This document shows, piece after piece, positions 9,181-18,849 of a DNA stretch of 64,000 nt (the first letter of the stretch is position 1; every line of letters starts with the position of its first letter). This stretch comes from a bacterium (lineage in GTDB: Bacteria > Electryoneota > Electryoneia > Electryoneales > Electryoneaceae): the NCBI GenBank assembly GCA_963669175.1, contig OY769902.1:4160001-4224000 (forward strand), given 5' to 3'. Position numbers and translations under genes: made by a program. The notes beneath the pieces are model-generated. The model made no database searches and was not told where the DNA came from. It was given only the letters and a program-made list of their open reading frames with translations.

Positions 9181-10715
9181 CGCAGGGCGCTCCTCCGTCC
9201 GGCCTGTTTCCAGCCGCTACTTGTTTCGGTCCAACCGTTGGTCGATGGTTTGTGTCCGTTGCCGCTCGGGGTGCTCGCCAGGGTTACCCCTTGCAGCTTC
9301 ATCTCGTGACGTTTCCAGGCAACCGCCAGCGCGGCAACCTTCTCCCACCTGGCTTCCTTTTCACGCAATTCCGCGACATCCAGCTCTTTCTCCACAAACG
9401 AGGTATCGAATTCTCCGCGCTGGAATGCTTCATTCTCCATGACATAAATGCCGAACGGGATCGTGGTACGGACGCCCGTAATGTGGTACTCCATCAACGC
9501 GCGTTTCATGCGTTTGATAGCGGACGGCCTGTCGTTATCCCATGCGATCAATTTGCTGATCATGGGATCATAATGGATGGAAATCGATTCCGCTTCACGG
9601 ATGCCGCTATCCTCACGCAGGCCGAAACCATCCGGCGGGTGCAGGTACTGGATTTTGCCCGTGGTAGGCAGGAAATTGTTCAGGCTATCCTCGGAATAGA
9701 TACGGACCTCGATAGCATGTCCGTTCTGAACAATGTCTTCCTGTTTGTAGGGCAGCGCTTCCCCGGACGCGACCCGCATCTGCAACCTGCACAGGTCCAC
9801 CCCGGTAACCATTTCCGTGATCGGGTGTTCCACCTGCAAACGTGTGTTCATTTCAAGGAAATAGTAGTTCAGATCCTTATCGACGAGGAACTCAACCGTC
9901 CCGGCGTTCTGATACCCGCAGGCCCGCGCTGCTTCGACAGCAGAGGCGCCCATACGTTCACGCAATTCCGGGTTCATCACCGGGCTGGGCGATTCCTCGA
10001 TCACCTTCTGGTGACGGCGCTGGATGGAACATTCACGTTCGCCGAGATGAATCACATTGCCATGATGATCGGCAAACACCTGGAATTCGATATGACGCGG
10101 TTTTTCCACATATTTTTCGATGAACACGATAGGACTGGAAAAGGCAGACATGGACTCTCGTCGTGCCGCTTCCAGCGATTTGGCCAGATCTTTTTCCTCG
10201 TGGACAACCCTCATACCCTTGCCGCCACCGCCCATCGCCGCCTTGATCAGCACCGGGTAACCGATTTCACGAGCGTAGCGCTTGGCGATCTCCGGATTCT
10301 CGACACCGTCCGGAGTGCCCGGCACCACAGGAACACCGGCCTTCATCATGATCGAGCGAGCTTCCGTTTTACTGCCCATGGAGCGTATCGCGGCTGGAGG
10401 CGGCCCGATCCAGGTCATCCCGGCATCCATCACAGCCTGGGCGAATTCCGCGTTTTCGGACAGGAAACCATACCCGGGGTGTATCGCATCCGCTCCGCAT
10501 TGTTCCGCCACAGCGATAATCTTATCACCACGCAAATAGCTGTCTTTAGCCGGAGCCGGTCCTACCGGGTAGGCTTCATCAGCCAAGAGCACATGAGAAG
10601 CCAGACGGTCCGCATCAGAAAAGATGGCTACGGACTGGATATCCATTTCACGGCAGGCTCGGATAACTCGTACTGCGATTTCACCACGGTTGGCAACGAG
10701 GACTTTCTTGATCAA
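9177..10715 (-). CDS. accC: Acetyl/propionyl-CoA carboxylase biotin carboxylase subunit
   Basis: KVLVANRGEIA, HPGYGFLSEN, GGGGKGMR, RECSIQRRHQK, EMNTRLQVEH; TTG start at 10715 after GGAGG (track gives 10745). Confidence 0.92.
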   Translation of the reverse strand: MIKKVLVANRGEIAVRVIRACREMDIQSVAIFSDADRLASHVLLADEAYPVGPAPAKDSYLRGDKIIAVAEQCGADAIHPGYGFLSENAEFAQAVMDAGMTWIGPPPAAIRSMGSKTEARSIMMKAGVPVVPGTPDGVENPEIAKRYAREIGYPVLIKAAMGGGGKGMRVVHEEKDLAKSLEAARRESMSAFSSPIVFIEKYVEKPRHIEFQVFADHHGNVIHLGERECSIQRRHQKVIEESPSPVMNPELRERMGASAVEAARACGYQNAGTVEFLVDKDLNYYFLEMNTRLQVEHPITEMVTGVDLCRLQMRVASGEALPYKQEDIVQNGHAIEVRIYSEDSLNNFLPTTGKIQYLHPPDGFGLREDSGIREAESISIHYDPMISKLIAWDNDRPSAIKRMKRALMEYHITGVRTTIPFGIYVMENEAFQRGEFDTSFVEKELDVAELREKEARWEKVAALAVAWKRHEMKLQGVTLASTPSGNGHKPSTNGWTETSSGWKQAGRRSALR

Positions 10716-11085
10716 GAGGGCCTCCATCAGGAATTGGCTGGTCACCCGGAAACGATTGTTGGTATCCCTGGCGTGAAAGCTCCATCAAAGAGCTGTTATC
10801 ACCCGCTAACGCAAAAAGAGAACTTGCGGGTACTCTCAGGGCCGGGTTGTACAGATACCGTGGCAAAATAGAACCGGAGAAGGAACGAGTCAATGTGAGA
10901 AGGTCGTGAAATGCATGAACATTAACGGGAAGAGCGATTTGGAGACGATGGGCTACCACGATCAACTTGGCTGTAAGTCGAGGTGTGTTGCAGGATTTGG
11001 CGCAATTAACTTACCTTTATTGTCCAATCATGTCAGTTGGAATATTCGGTTGTTACGTTGAGGTGAGCAAGCAAAGGACTGTTTC

Positions 11086-12213
11086 ATGGCTACACATTTC
11101 GCCCCGGAAAATATGGCTTCGTTTGACGAATTGCGTCGCCAGCAGGATATCATGCATGATGTGCCGATGCTGGAGATCCTGTTAAACGCGGTTCCCATTT
11201 CCATACTGGTGTTGAACTCGAACCGCCAGATCATTTACGGGAACCTGCCATTCCTCCAGTTTATCGAAACGCTGGGCTCCAGTGATCCATTGGGACGACG
11301 TCCCGGCGATGTGCTGCGCTGTGTGAACGCTCAAGCTCCGGACGCTTGCGGGACAACAGAATTCTGCCTGGCCTGCGGTGCAGTGCGCGCCATCATGAAA
11401 GCCCAGGAAGGCATCAATTCTGTTGAGGAATGCCGTATTCAGGTCATGGAGGAGCTGGAAATAGACGCGCTGGATTTGCGTGTCTGGGCAACCCCCTTTG
11501 CGCAACACGGTGAGACCTTTACCATCTTCGCGGTGGTGGATATCAGCGATGAGAAACGGCGTGGGGTGCTGGAGAAGATATTCTTTCATGATGTGATGAA
11601 CCAGGCCGGCGCGGTTTTGGGATTCGCGGACTTGCTGGCCCTGGATGAGAAGCATAAGAATGATGAACGCACTGAACTGATGTTGCAGGCTGCGGAACGT
11701 CTGGTCGCAGAGATCCAGGCCCAACGTGACCTGACCTCGGCAGAACGTGGCGAGTTGACCGTGGCGAAGGCTGTGGTCAGCACCATCAATGTGATCGCGG
11801 ATATTGCGGGAACCTACGCTACGATACCGGAAGCCAAAGGACGGATTCTCCGTGTCGATCCCAAAACAGCCGACACACAAGTATTTACGGATGCAACCAT
11901 TCTCGCGCGTGTGCTGGGGAATATGGTGAAGAATGCCCTGGAAGCGACGCGAGTGGACGAAACCGTAACCATTGGCGTAAACCAGGAAGAAAACGCCCTT
12001 TGTTTCTGGGTGCATAATCCCGGTTTTATTCCACGGAAATACCAACTCGAACTGTTCAAACGGTCGTTCTCAACCAAGGGCAAAAATCGCGGCCTCGGTA
12101 CGTACAGCATCAAACTCCTGACAGAGAAATACCTGGGGGGTAAAGTCAGTTATTCATCTGTTATGGAAGAAGGGACCCGGTTTGAGGTGAGGATTCCGGT
12201 TACGTCGGAATGA
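11086..12213 (+). CDS. Cytoplasmic PAS-type sensor histidine kinase
   Basis: H-box FHDVMN, NMVKNALEA N-box, STKG...RGLGTY G-box; Cys cluster in the sensor part. Confidence 0.88.
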   Translation: MATHFAPENMASFDELRRQQDIMHDVPMLEILLNAVPISILVLNSNRQIIYGNLPFLQFIETLGSSDPLGRRPGDVLRCVNAQAPDACGTTEFCLACGAVRAIMKAQEGINSVEECRIQVMEELEIDALDLRVWATPFAQHGETFTIFAVVDISDEKRRGVLEKIFFHDVMNQAGAVLGFADLLALDEKHKNDERTELMLQAAERLVAEIQAQRDLTSAERGELTVAKAVVSTINVIADIAGTYATIPEAKGRILRVDPKTADTQVFTDATILARVLGNMVKNALEATRVDETVTIGVNQEENALCFWVHNPGFIPRKYQLELFKRSFSTKGKNRGLGTYSIKLLTEKYLGGKVSYSSVMEEGTRFEVRIPVTSE

Positions 12214-12252
12214 TGGCGGCGCAGTCCAGTAAGTAGAAACCAGGGATAGAAG

Positions 12253-12820
12253 GAAAATGGGGACTGCTACTCTATTTCGCCTGCTGAAATGCTGATGCCT
12301 GTTGATAGACTTCGATAAACATCCATGATGCTTAATTGCCGGGAAAACGTGTTGCGAAACAGGTAGCTTTCCCGACATTTTCCTGCCAAGAGTCGCCACG
12401 TGGCAGGAGGCGAAAAACTACCGTATGTCCCAAGTTCTACTTGTGAACATCCAGACCAATGTAGTATACTGCATGCATGCCAACCTCCTCGTGTAAGTAC
12501 TACGGGTAACGTCGTGTTACTCCTTTAACACAAGTTAGCCCGACAATGTGCTGCGTCGAGGTTGGCATCTTCTATTTATGCATTATCACAGCTTCTCGAT
12601 TTCGCCTTCTTAAATGTTGATGTCTGTTGATAGTGTTCCATAATCATACGTGATTCTTCATTGCCGGAAAACGTGTTGCGAAATTGGTGGCTGTCCCGAC
12701 ATTTTCCGGCCAGAGTCGCCACGTTTCAGCAGGCGAAAAATCTGGTACAGTTACCTTTTCCTTAACCCTGATCATACTATCATGCCTCCGCAACTGCGAA
12801 AAGGTAACAGTCCCATTTAG
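12253..12820. repeat. Intergenic repeat family A with internal duplication (12336-12420 vs 12660-12740)
   Basis: ttgccgg(g)aaaacgtgttgcgaaa...cccgacattttcc...agagtcgccacgt repeated; matches 4528-4768 inverted. Confidence 0.75.
12477..12568 (+). ncRNA. Candidate ~95 nt hairpin small RNA
   Basis: ATGCCAACCTC/GAGGTTGGCAT closing stem with inner stems; TTGTGA-N18-TATACT just upstream. Confidence 0.3.
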
Positions 12821-12839
12821 CCAGAGACCAGTTACCATA

Positions 12840-14096
12840 CTACTCCCACACTCCTGCAATCGGTGTCTTGCAATAGCTGCATTTACCATGATCCAGGTGC
12901 ATTTCGCTGACGAAGAATCCCTGCCGTTGGATCACAATCTCCCCGCAACCTGGGCAGTAGGTATGATTCCCCGGATGGCCCGGCACATTCCCGACAAACG
13001 GGTAGTGCATCCCTTCCTTCAGTGCGATATCACGTGCTCGTTCCAACGTGGCAATGGGTGTCGGCGGCAGATTCAGCAACTTGTAATCCGGGTGGAAACG
13101 TGTATAGTGAACCGGCACATCCGGCCCCAGCTCCCCCACCACCCATTTAGCCAGCTCGGTCAATAGCTCCTCGGAATCATTCAGCGTTGGCACGACGAGA
13201 TTGACAATTTCCAGATGTGTCCCACTGTCGTGAACCTGTTTAATACTACGGAGCACCGGTTTCAATTCAGCGTCACAAACATTTCGGTAAAACTCTTCGG
13301 AATAGCCTTTCAGGTCAATCTTGATCGCGTCCAGCCCTGCACATAACTCAGCGAGCGGCTCTTCGGTCATGAAGCCGCAACTGATGAGGACATTTCGCAA
13401 TTCTCGATTCCGTCCTTCACGCGCGATGTCAAGCATATATTCGGTAAATACAGTCGGCTCGTTGTAAGTGAATGCTATGACCGGCGCTTCACGTTGTTGG
13501 GCTGCCTGTGCAATCACATCCGGACCGTAGAACTGATCGGCGTAATCTTCCGGGCTGGCCTGCGAAATGGTCCAGTTCTGGCAGAAACGGCAATGCAACG
13601 GGCAACCGGACGTCGCCAGGGAAAAGGCTGTGCTTCCAGGCAGGAAATGATAGAACGGTTTCTTTTCGATCGGGTCAACATGGGTGGAAATCGGGTGCCC
13701 GTATACCAGGCTACGCAGTTCACCGTCCACGTTCATCCTGGCACGGCATCGCCCTCGTTTCCCTTCCCCGATGATACAACCATGCGCGCATAAGGTACAG
13801 CGGACATAGCGTTCGTCATGCACATGGTTCTGCGAAGGTTCAACCTCGCCCTTATCATGACACTCAAAGCAGGAAGCTGAACTCCCGTTGGCCGGCAGCC
13901 AGAATCGTGCTCGTGGCGATGCTGACGCCAGTTCCTTCAGACGATCACCGGCATACGCAGCGTGTTTATTCTCCTGATCGAGTAAATCCAGCCAGAACGG
14001 ACTGCTCAGAGCGATTCCCGTTCCCCCGGCTACGGTTCCATATCGCAGCAGGGATTGCAGGAAATAGCGACGGTTGCTGTCTGGCGTTCTGGCCAT
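12840..14096 (-). CDS. amrS: AmmeMemoRadiSam system radical SAM enzyme with Tat-like leader
   Basis: CPLHCRFCQN radical SAM motif, DPIEKKPFYHF, YNEP, RFHPDY, terminal CPGC/CSYC; N-terminal RRYFL plus hydrophobic stretch. Confidence 0.9.
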   Translation of the reverse strand: MARTPDSNRRYFLQSLLRYGTVAGGTGIALSSPFWLDLLDQENKHAAYAGDRLKELASASPRARFWLPANGSSASCFECHDKGEVEPSQNHVHDERYVRCTLCAHGCIIGEGKRGRCRARMNVDGELRSLVYGHPISTHVDPIEKKPFYHFLPGSTAFSLATSGCPLHCRFCQNWTISQASPEDYADQFYGPDVIAQAAQQREAPVIAFTYNEPTVFTEYMLDIAREGRNRELRNVLISCGFMTEEPLAELCAGLDAIKIDLKGYSEEFYRNVCDAELKPVLRSIKQVHDSGTHLEIVNLVVPTLNDSEELLTELAKWVVGELGPDVPVHYTRFHPDYKLLNLPPTPIATLERARDIALKEGMHYPFVGNVPGHPGNHTYCPGCGEIVIQRQGFFVSEMHLDHGKCSYCKTPIAGVWE

Positions 14097-14164
14097 TGTA
14101 CCTCACTGTTTCCCTCAAGATACTAGCCTGAATCCGTGACTTCAAACCTGGAGCCAGCCATATG

Positions 14165-14195
14165 AAAAAACCCCCAATCCAATGGATAGGGGGTT
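14165..14195 (-). terminator. Terminator downstream of the DHH-family gene
   Basis: AACCCCC...GGGGGTT stem; A run on + equals U tail on -. Confidence 0.7.
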
Positions 14196-14216
14196 GAACT
14201 GGCTTTTCGAGTAGTA

Positions 14217-15104
14217 TTATTGCTTCAGGGCGTTGATGACAGTTTCGAGACGTCCCTTCGGCTTCAGCGAGCTTGCCGGGCATGTGCCGGCGCCTTCCAG
14301 TCCGCCACCATCGTTCTCTTCCATCAATTTGCCGATGTTGATGGTACAAGTCTTGTTGAACGGGCTCTTGCTTGCGCTGATGAGAAGCTTCATCGGGTCA
14401 CGATGCTTGTCGATACGCACCCAGACGTTGCCTTCCGGGAACTTCAGGAATGGCAGGAAACGATTGCCGCGCGGCGGATCATCATATTCACGGAAGTCTG
14501 TGAGGATCACATTACCTTCCATGGTGGTATGTGCGGTCAATTCCTGCTTGAAGCGTTCCAGATCCTGGAAGTAACGGTCCACACGACTCTTCACATGTTC
14601 ACTCTGCAGGATTTCTTCCGGCTTTTTGCCAAGACGCATGCCCTGGAGAACCTCAACACCCGTGTCATGTGCCTGTGGGAAACGCGGATCCAGAACATAA
14701 TTAACCAGCATCCAGCCCTTGGGGCTGATAACATCTTCTTCGGCCAGTTTCACAGCGCCAATATTATTGGCAATCTCGACCAAAGGTTTAAACGCATCGA
14801 GGTCTGATGAAGCATAGAAATCGTAAACAAGCTGTGCAGTGCTAGGCGCAGGCCCCCATTTTCCACGAACATTCTCCAATTGCTGGGCAGGAATGTTCTC
14901 GAAATCATGATGATGGAACCAGAGACGGGTGAAGGGATGGAAAGGAAGATGCACAATGGCATCACCCAGCCCCGGGTCCAGATCAATTCGACCTTCTTCA
15001 ATGTCCTTCGGATTGGCAAACTGCAACTCTTCGATACGCTCCATTTTGTAAATCATGGCAGCGCAAACCAACCCATCAAAATCCAGCCTGGTAATCAACC
15101 GCAT
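14217..15104 (-). CDS. DHH-family exopolyphosphatase/nanoRNase-like protein
   Basis: MRLITRLDFDGLVCA N-terminus and GGG..GAGTC C-terminal motif; expected DHH reads HHH. Confidence 0.75.
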   Translation of the reverse strand: MRLITRLDFDGLVCAAMIYKMERIEELQFANPKDIEEGRIDLDPGLGDAIVHLPFHPFTRLWFHHHDFENIPAQQLENVRGKWGPAPSTAQLVYDFYASSDLDAFKPLVEIANNIGAVKLAEEDVISPKGWMLVNYVLDPRFPQAHDTGVEVLQGMRLGKKPEEILQSEHVKSRVDRYFQDLERFKQELTAHTTMEGNVILTDFREYDDPPRGNRFLPFLKFPEGNVWVRIDKHRDPMKLLISASKSPFNKTCTINIGKLMEENDGGGLEGAGTCPASSLKPKGRLETVINALKQ

Positions 15105-15354
15105 GGCGTGTCTCCTGAAAATATCGTACGGACTAACTTGTTGAATCCCGAGTTCGCAGAGTCAATTGTAACTCTGTATCCCCGACAATGCAAGTTGCAG
15201 TGACATTTTGACTGAACTCCCTGGTGCCCCATTTATCAGAGAAATCTCTTTCCCAACACTATCCCTTTTCATATCTATTCATTATATTTGCATCTGATAC
15301 AATACTGCTGACTAAGATATGTTGTTATAAGATATATTGTATTCGGAGTATACA

Positions 15355-16176
15355 ATGGTTGTAATTGATGATGAGTTCGTTCAGAAAATTGAACGAGTTA
15401 CAGGAACAATTATCGAGCGAATTGTTTCCTACCAAAGCAGACGCTTCTCTCGTCAGGATAATCCCCTTACGACATTTAATGGCGCTACGTGTCTGATCCG
15501 TCCGGCAGCGGCAGGTGTGAGCCGTATTCACGGGCTTGGCATTATGGAGCCGTGGGAAGATGGCATGTTGTATTCTCTGGAGGAGATACTTCGTGCTTCC
15601 GGGGCTTTATGTGAAGTCGCAATGAATCCCTATGCATCAACATCTCTCTCCCACGATCTGCTCACCAATCATTGGACGCTTGCCTACTGGATACAGGTGC
15701 TGGCAATAGATCTCGAAAACCGCCCGGTTGGTCCAGAATATCCCTCTTCGGCAACCATTCATGAAGTGGCAGGAAAAGAGGTGGCCCCCTGGTCAATCAT
15801 TCTGGCCCGGGGATTTGAAGACCACCCGATAAAAGCTCAAGCAGATCCTGCTACTCATCGCCGCGCGGCAAAGATGGTAGGCATGCATTGTTACCTGGCA
15901 AAACAGGGCGATACGCTTGTTGGAGCAGCCTCACTGAACATGGCAGACGATTTCGGGGTCATGTATGCTGGATCAACTCTCATCCCGCACAGACGAAAAG
16001 GTATCCATACGGCATTACTGGAACACAGGATACGGTATGCTGCCAAACTGGGCGCAAGATATGCCGTATTGATGACATTTCCCGGAAGCGGTTCTGAAAG
16101 GAATGCAAAACGATTGGGCTTTGAATCTGTCTACGTCCAACCTATCTATACAAAATCCTTTGCGGAACAGAACTGA
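15355..16176 (+). CDS. GNAT family N-acetyltransferase
   Basis: TLIPHRRKGIHTALL acetyl-CoA motif, SERNAKRLGF; GGAG RBS before ATG 15355. Confidence 0.85.
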   Translation: MVVIDDEFVQKIERVTGTIIERIVSYQSRRFSRQDNPLTTFNGATCLIRPAAAGVSRIHGLGIMEPWEDGMLYSLEEILRASGALCEVAMNPYASTSLSHDLLTNHWTLAYWIQVLAIDLENRPVGPEYPSSATIHEVAGKEVAPWSIILARGFEDHPIKAQADPATHRRAAKMVGMHCYLAKQGDTLVGAASLNMADDFGVMYAGSTLIPHRRKGIHTALLEHRIRYAAKLGARYAVLMTFPGSGSERNAKRLGFESVYVQPIYTKSFAEQN

Positions 16177-16187
16177 GTTTATTGGGA

Positions 16188-16877
16188 CTATGTCCTGATT
16201 TTCGACAGTTTCATAAAGAAAATCAGCAAACTTGCATACCCTGACAGGCTGATAAAAGGAACAATGATACGCATCGCTCCAACAAAGCCCGTGGTAGCCC
16301 CCATCATAAAATGCCTGACAAGAACTCCCGACAGCAGCGCAATGAACAGCAAGATCGTTCCGGCAATTGCCCAAACAGATCCCGTTGCCCTGTCTACACC
16401 AGCCTGATCCTTAACTTTTGCCGGAAACAGAATAAACACAACCGTCTGGGCAATTGCGGAAAGCATGATAAACAGCATAAAGCCAGATCTGACTTCTGTC
16501 AAATGATGCAGGATGGTCATTGAAGGCACAACCATCAGTTCATTCAACAGGATCGCAATAATTCCCAGGATGAAAACGACCCAAGGCAGCGCCTTCCACC
16601 TTGCCCAGAATGAGTAATATCCAAGATTCAGAAAGAACAGATAGAACAGCAGGAAACTTACCGATCCCAACTGTACCATCACCATCTTTCCCGGAAACAG
16701 GCCGAGTACATGCGCCTTGCCCAACGGCCCCAGAGTCAGCGTAACTATAGACAGGAGTGCATGATACCCAACGCCGATTATTGCCAGCGTTGTTGCCTGC
16801 CGAAGTGACATGAACGGGAGCTTTGTGCCTGCATTCAAGCCATCAGATTCTACCGATTCCATTATCTCTTTACTCAT
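16188..16877 (-). CDS. Hypothetical multi-pass membrane protein
   Basis: About six hydrophobic segments; overlaps upstream gene stop (ATGA coupling). Confidence 0.7.
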   Translation of the reverse strand: MSKEIMESVESDGLNAGTKLPFMSLRQATTLAIIGVGYHALLSIVTLTLGPLGKAHVLGLFPGKMVMVQLGSVSFLLFYLFFLNLGYYSFWARWKALPWVVFILGIIAILLNELMVVPSMTILHHLTEVRSGFMLFIMLSAIAQTVVFILFPAKVKDQAGVDRATGSVWAIAGTILLFIALLSGVLVRHFMMGATTGFVGAMRIIVPFISLSGYASLLIFFMKLSKIRT

Positions 16878-17380
16878 ACCGCCTCCGCCGATTCCACTCT
16901 TTCCGGTGGCGCCGGTGTTTCACGCCAAGCCAGGATAGCGCCCGGTAGAATATGTGCGACGTACAACAGCTCGAATGCAAGCAACTTGTCTGTTATGCGT
17001 ACAAAACTCATATGTGGTCCGAGCAAATCGGTTCGCGCAGCGATGAACACATACAACATGATCAAACACATTATGGCATAGATTCCGTACGCCTGCCCGG
17101 TAGCACGATGTGTTATTTGCAGCTCCCGCTCATCAAGAGTGTCTGTCCTGGCATGAGTCAGTTTCCAATGCCCGGAAAGACCGAATGCTACGATATGCGA
17201 ATAGACAAGCAGCGCCATAACGGCAAGTATCCCGGCCAGCCAGCCATAAGGGAATGATTCACGTGGTAACGAATCATTCGCACGTTCTGCGAAAAAGATC
17301 ACCGTGGGCAGTAACACACATCCCAGGAATGCACCAACAACACCAAGTCGTTGTCGCATGAGTTGTTTACTTCGATCCAT
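16874..17380 (-). CDS. Hypothetical membrane protein (LDERE motif)
   Basis: Four TM segments around LDERELQ; coupled to an XRE regulator. Confidence 0.75.
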   Translation of the reverse strand: MDRSKQLMRQRLGVVGAFLGCVLLPTVIFFAERANDSLPRESFPYGWLAGILAVMALLVYSHIVAFGLSGHWKLTHARTDTLDERELQITHRATGQAYGIYAIMCLIMLYVFIAARTDLLGPHMSFVRITDKLLAFELLYVAHILPGAILAWRETPAPPERVESAEAV

Positions 17381-17642
17381 AACCGGATCCTCCCTGCGCT
17401 TGCCGTTCCATGAGCACCTGGCTCAACGGCTTCATCGGCTCTGTGGAAAAAATGAAATCGACGGGCAATTCAAAAAACTCGCTGATCTTAAAGGCAAGAT
17501 CCAGGCTGGGATTGTATTCCCCTCTTTCCAGGTAACCAACCGTCTGGTAGTTTACCCCGATCACCTTGGCAAGCTCTTTCCGTGACACCCCTCGCTCTTC
17601 ACGTAGTACCGCAATGCGGTTGTACAGTTTTCTCGCTTTCAT
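17367..17642 (-). CDS. XRE-family HTH transcriptional regulator
   Basis: NRIAVLREERGVSRKELA...LERGEYNPSLDLAFKI. Confidence 0.92.
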   Translation of the reverse strand: MKARKLYNRIAVLREERGVSRKELAKVIGVNYQTVGYLERGEYNPSLDLAFKISEFFELPVDFIFSTEPMKPLSQVLMERQAQGGSGYGSK

Positions 17643-17727
17643 GGTGTAATTATACGCATTTTGTTGTATATTTACAACAGTTCTAATAATATTTCATACT
17701 ATTTGTCTCATAGAGCCAATACGTTTT

Positions 17728-17877
17728 TGGCGCCTCGCTGTTTCGTACAGGTAAAGAGGTTCACATCATGATGCGACACGACAATCGAATATCGAGTCGT
17801 TTCATTGGAATCAGTCAATGAGGTCTGGTTCCCTTGTTTGTCCACCGAAGGTGGACCACTTGAATAGCGAGGCGCCA
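17728..17877. repeat. Inverted-repeat-bounded REP-like element
   Basis: TGGCGCCTCGCT / AGCGAGGCGCCA ends; internal GTCCACCGAAGGTGGAC hairpin. Confidence 0.6.
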
Positions 17878-18023
17878 TTTTTAAGCGAACAACACTCATC
17901 ACTGGAGGAATATTTCGGTTGTGATCTGTGTGGTTGACAGCGTGAACATGACCCTGTAACTTGCTTTCACCTTTATCTGTAACGAGTTACAGGAACGAGA
18001 CCATTTCAGCCTGGGGGGCTGCC

Positions 18024-18569
18024 ATGTCGATGCTGTTAAGCTTTGCGCCGTGGATTGTGTTCTGGATTCTGGTGAGTAATAACTCTTTTGTCGAATCGGC
18101 CTGGATCGGCTTCGGGATTGCGTTTGTTCTGAACATTCGCAGTATTCTGAAGGGTACAGTCAAAGTATTGAACCTGGGCTCTACGATTTATTTCTTTCTC
18201 CTCGCCCTTGTTGCAATCTTCGTTCATGAGGGTTTTCTGGAAACGTATGGGTATATGACGGGTAACCTCGCTCTCACCCTTATTGTGCTGATATCCATCC
18301 TGATCAAGAAACCCTTCACCCTGCAATACGCGAAGGAACGTGTCCCGGAAGAATTGTGGGACAAACCCGGTTTTTACCATACCAACCTGATGATATCCTG
18401 GGTATGGTTTGCGGCGTTTGTATGCATGACCATCTCTTCCGCCCTGTTGGGAATTTTTGAGGAAAAAGAAACCCTCCTGAACTGGATTATTCCCAACATC
18501 TTCATGGTTTCCGCAATCAAGTTTACCGACTGGTACCCCAAGCATTTACAGAAGAAGACGGTAGCATAG
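18024..18569 (+). CDS. Hypothetical membrane protein
   Basis: LSFAPWIVFW...KPFTLQYAKE...WVW pattern, several TM helices. Confidence 0.8.
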   Translation: MSMLLSFAPWIVFWILVSNNSFVESAWIGFGIAFVLNIRSILKGTVKVLNLGSTIYFFLLALVAIFVHEGFLETYGYMTGNLALTLIVLISILIKKPFTLQYAKERVPEELWDKPGFYHTNLMISWVWFAAFVCMTISSALLGIFEEKETLLNWIIPNIFMVSAIKFTDWYPKHLQKKTVA

Positions 18570-18591
18570 CTGGACATGGTTGAACACTATC

Positions 18592-18694
18592 CAACCCCTC
18601 CAGGGTTGATATAATAGCTATTCTGATACCCCGGGTGCGTGCCAAACAGACGGCACGTACCCGGGGCTCACTTATCCAACTCCTGCGGAGTTGC
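18592..18694. repeat. REP-like family C (GCCAAACAGACGGC-loop hairpin)
   Basis: ccccgggtgcgtgccaaacagacggcacgtacccgggg plus caactcctgcggagttg; inverted homolog at 22809-22899. Confidence 0.8.
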
Positions 18695-18728
18695 ACCATG
18701 TCAAATCATTCCAGATAGTAAGCACGTA

Positions 18729-18845
18729 CCTTCTTTCCCTTCTTTCCCTTCTATACCTTCTATACCTTCTTTACTTTCTTTACCTTCTTTACCTTCTTTA
18801 CTTTCTTTACCTTTTTCACTTTTTTCACTGTCAACTTTTTTCACT
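18729..18845. repeat. Degenerate 9-mer pyrimidine tandem repeat (ccttcttta-like)
   Basis: Visible periodic C/T tract; similar tracts at 24265-24315 and, on the opposite strand, 30720-30790. Confidence 0.8.
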
Positions 18846-18849
18846 TAAC

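Noticed and set aside
9147-10871. Long antisense ORFs (also 753-1721, 2809-4104, 38566-39546, 54273-55100)
   Set aside because: They are shadow frames opposite well-supported genes and have no recognisable motifs.
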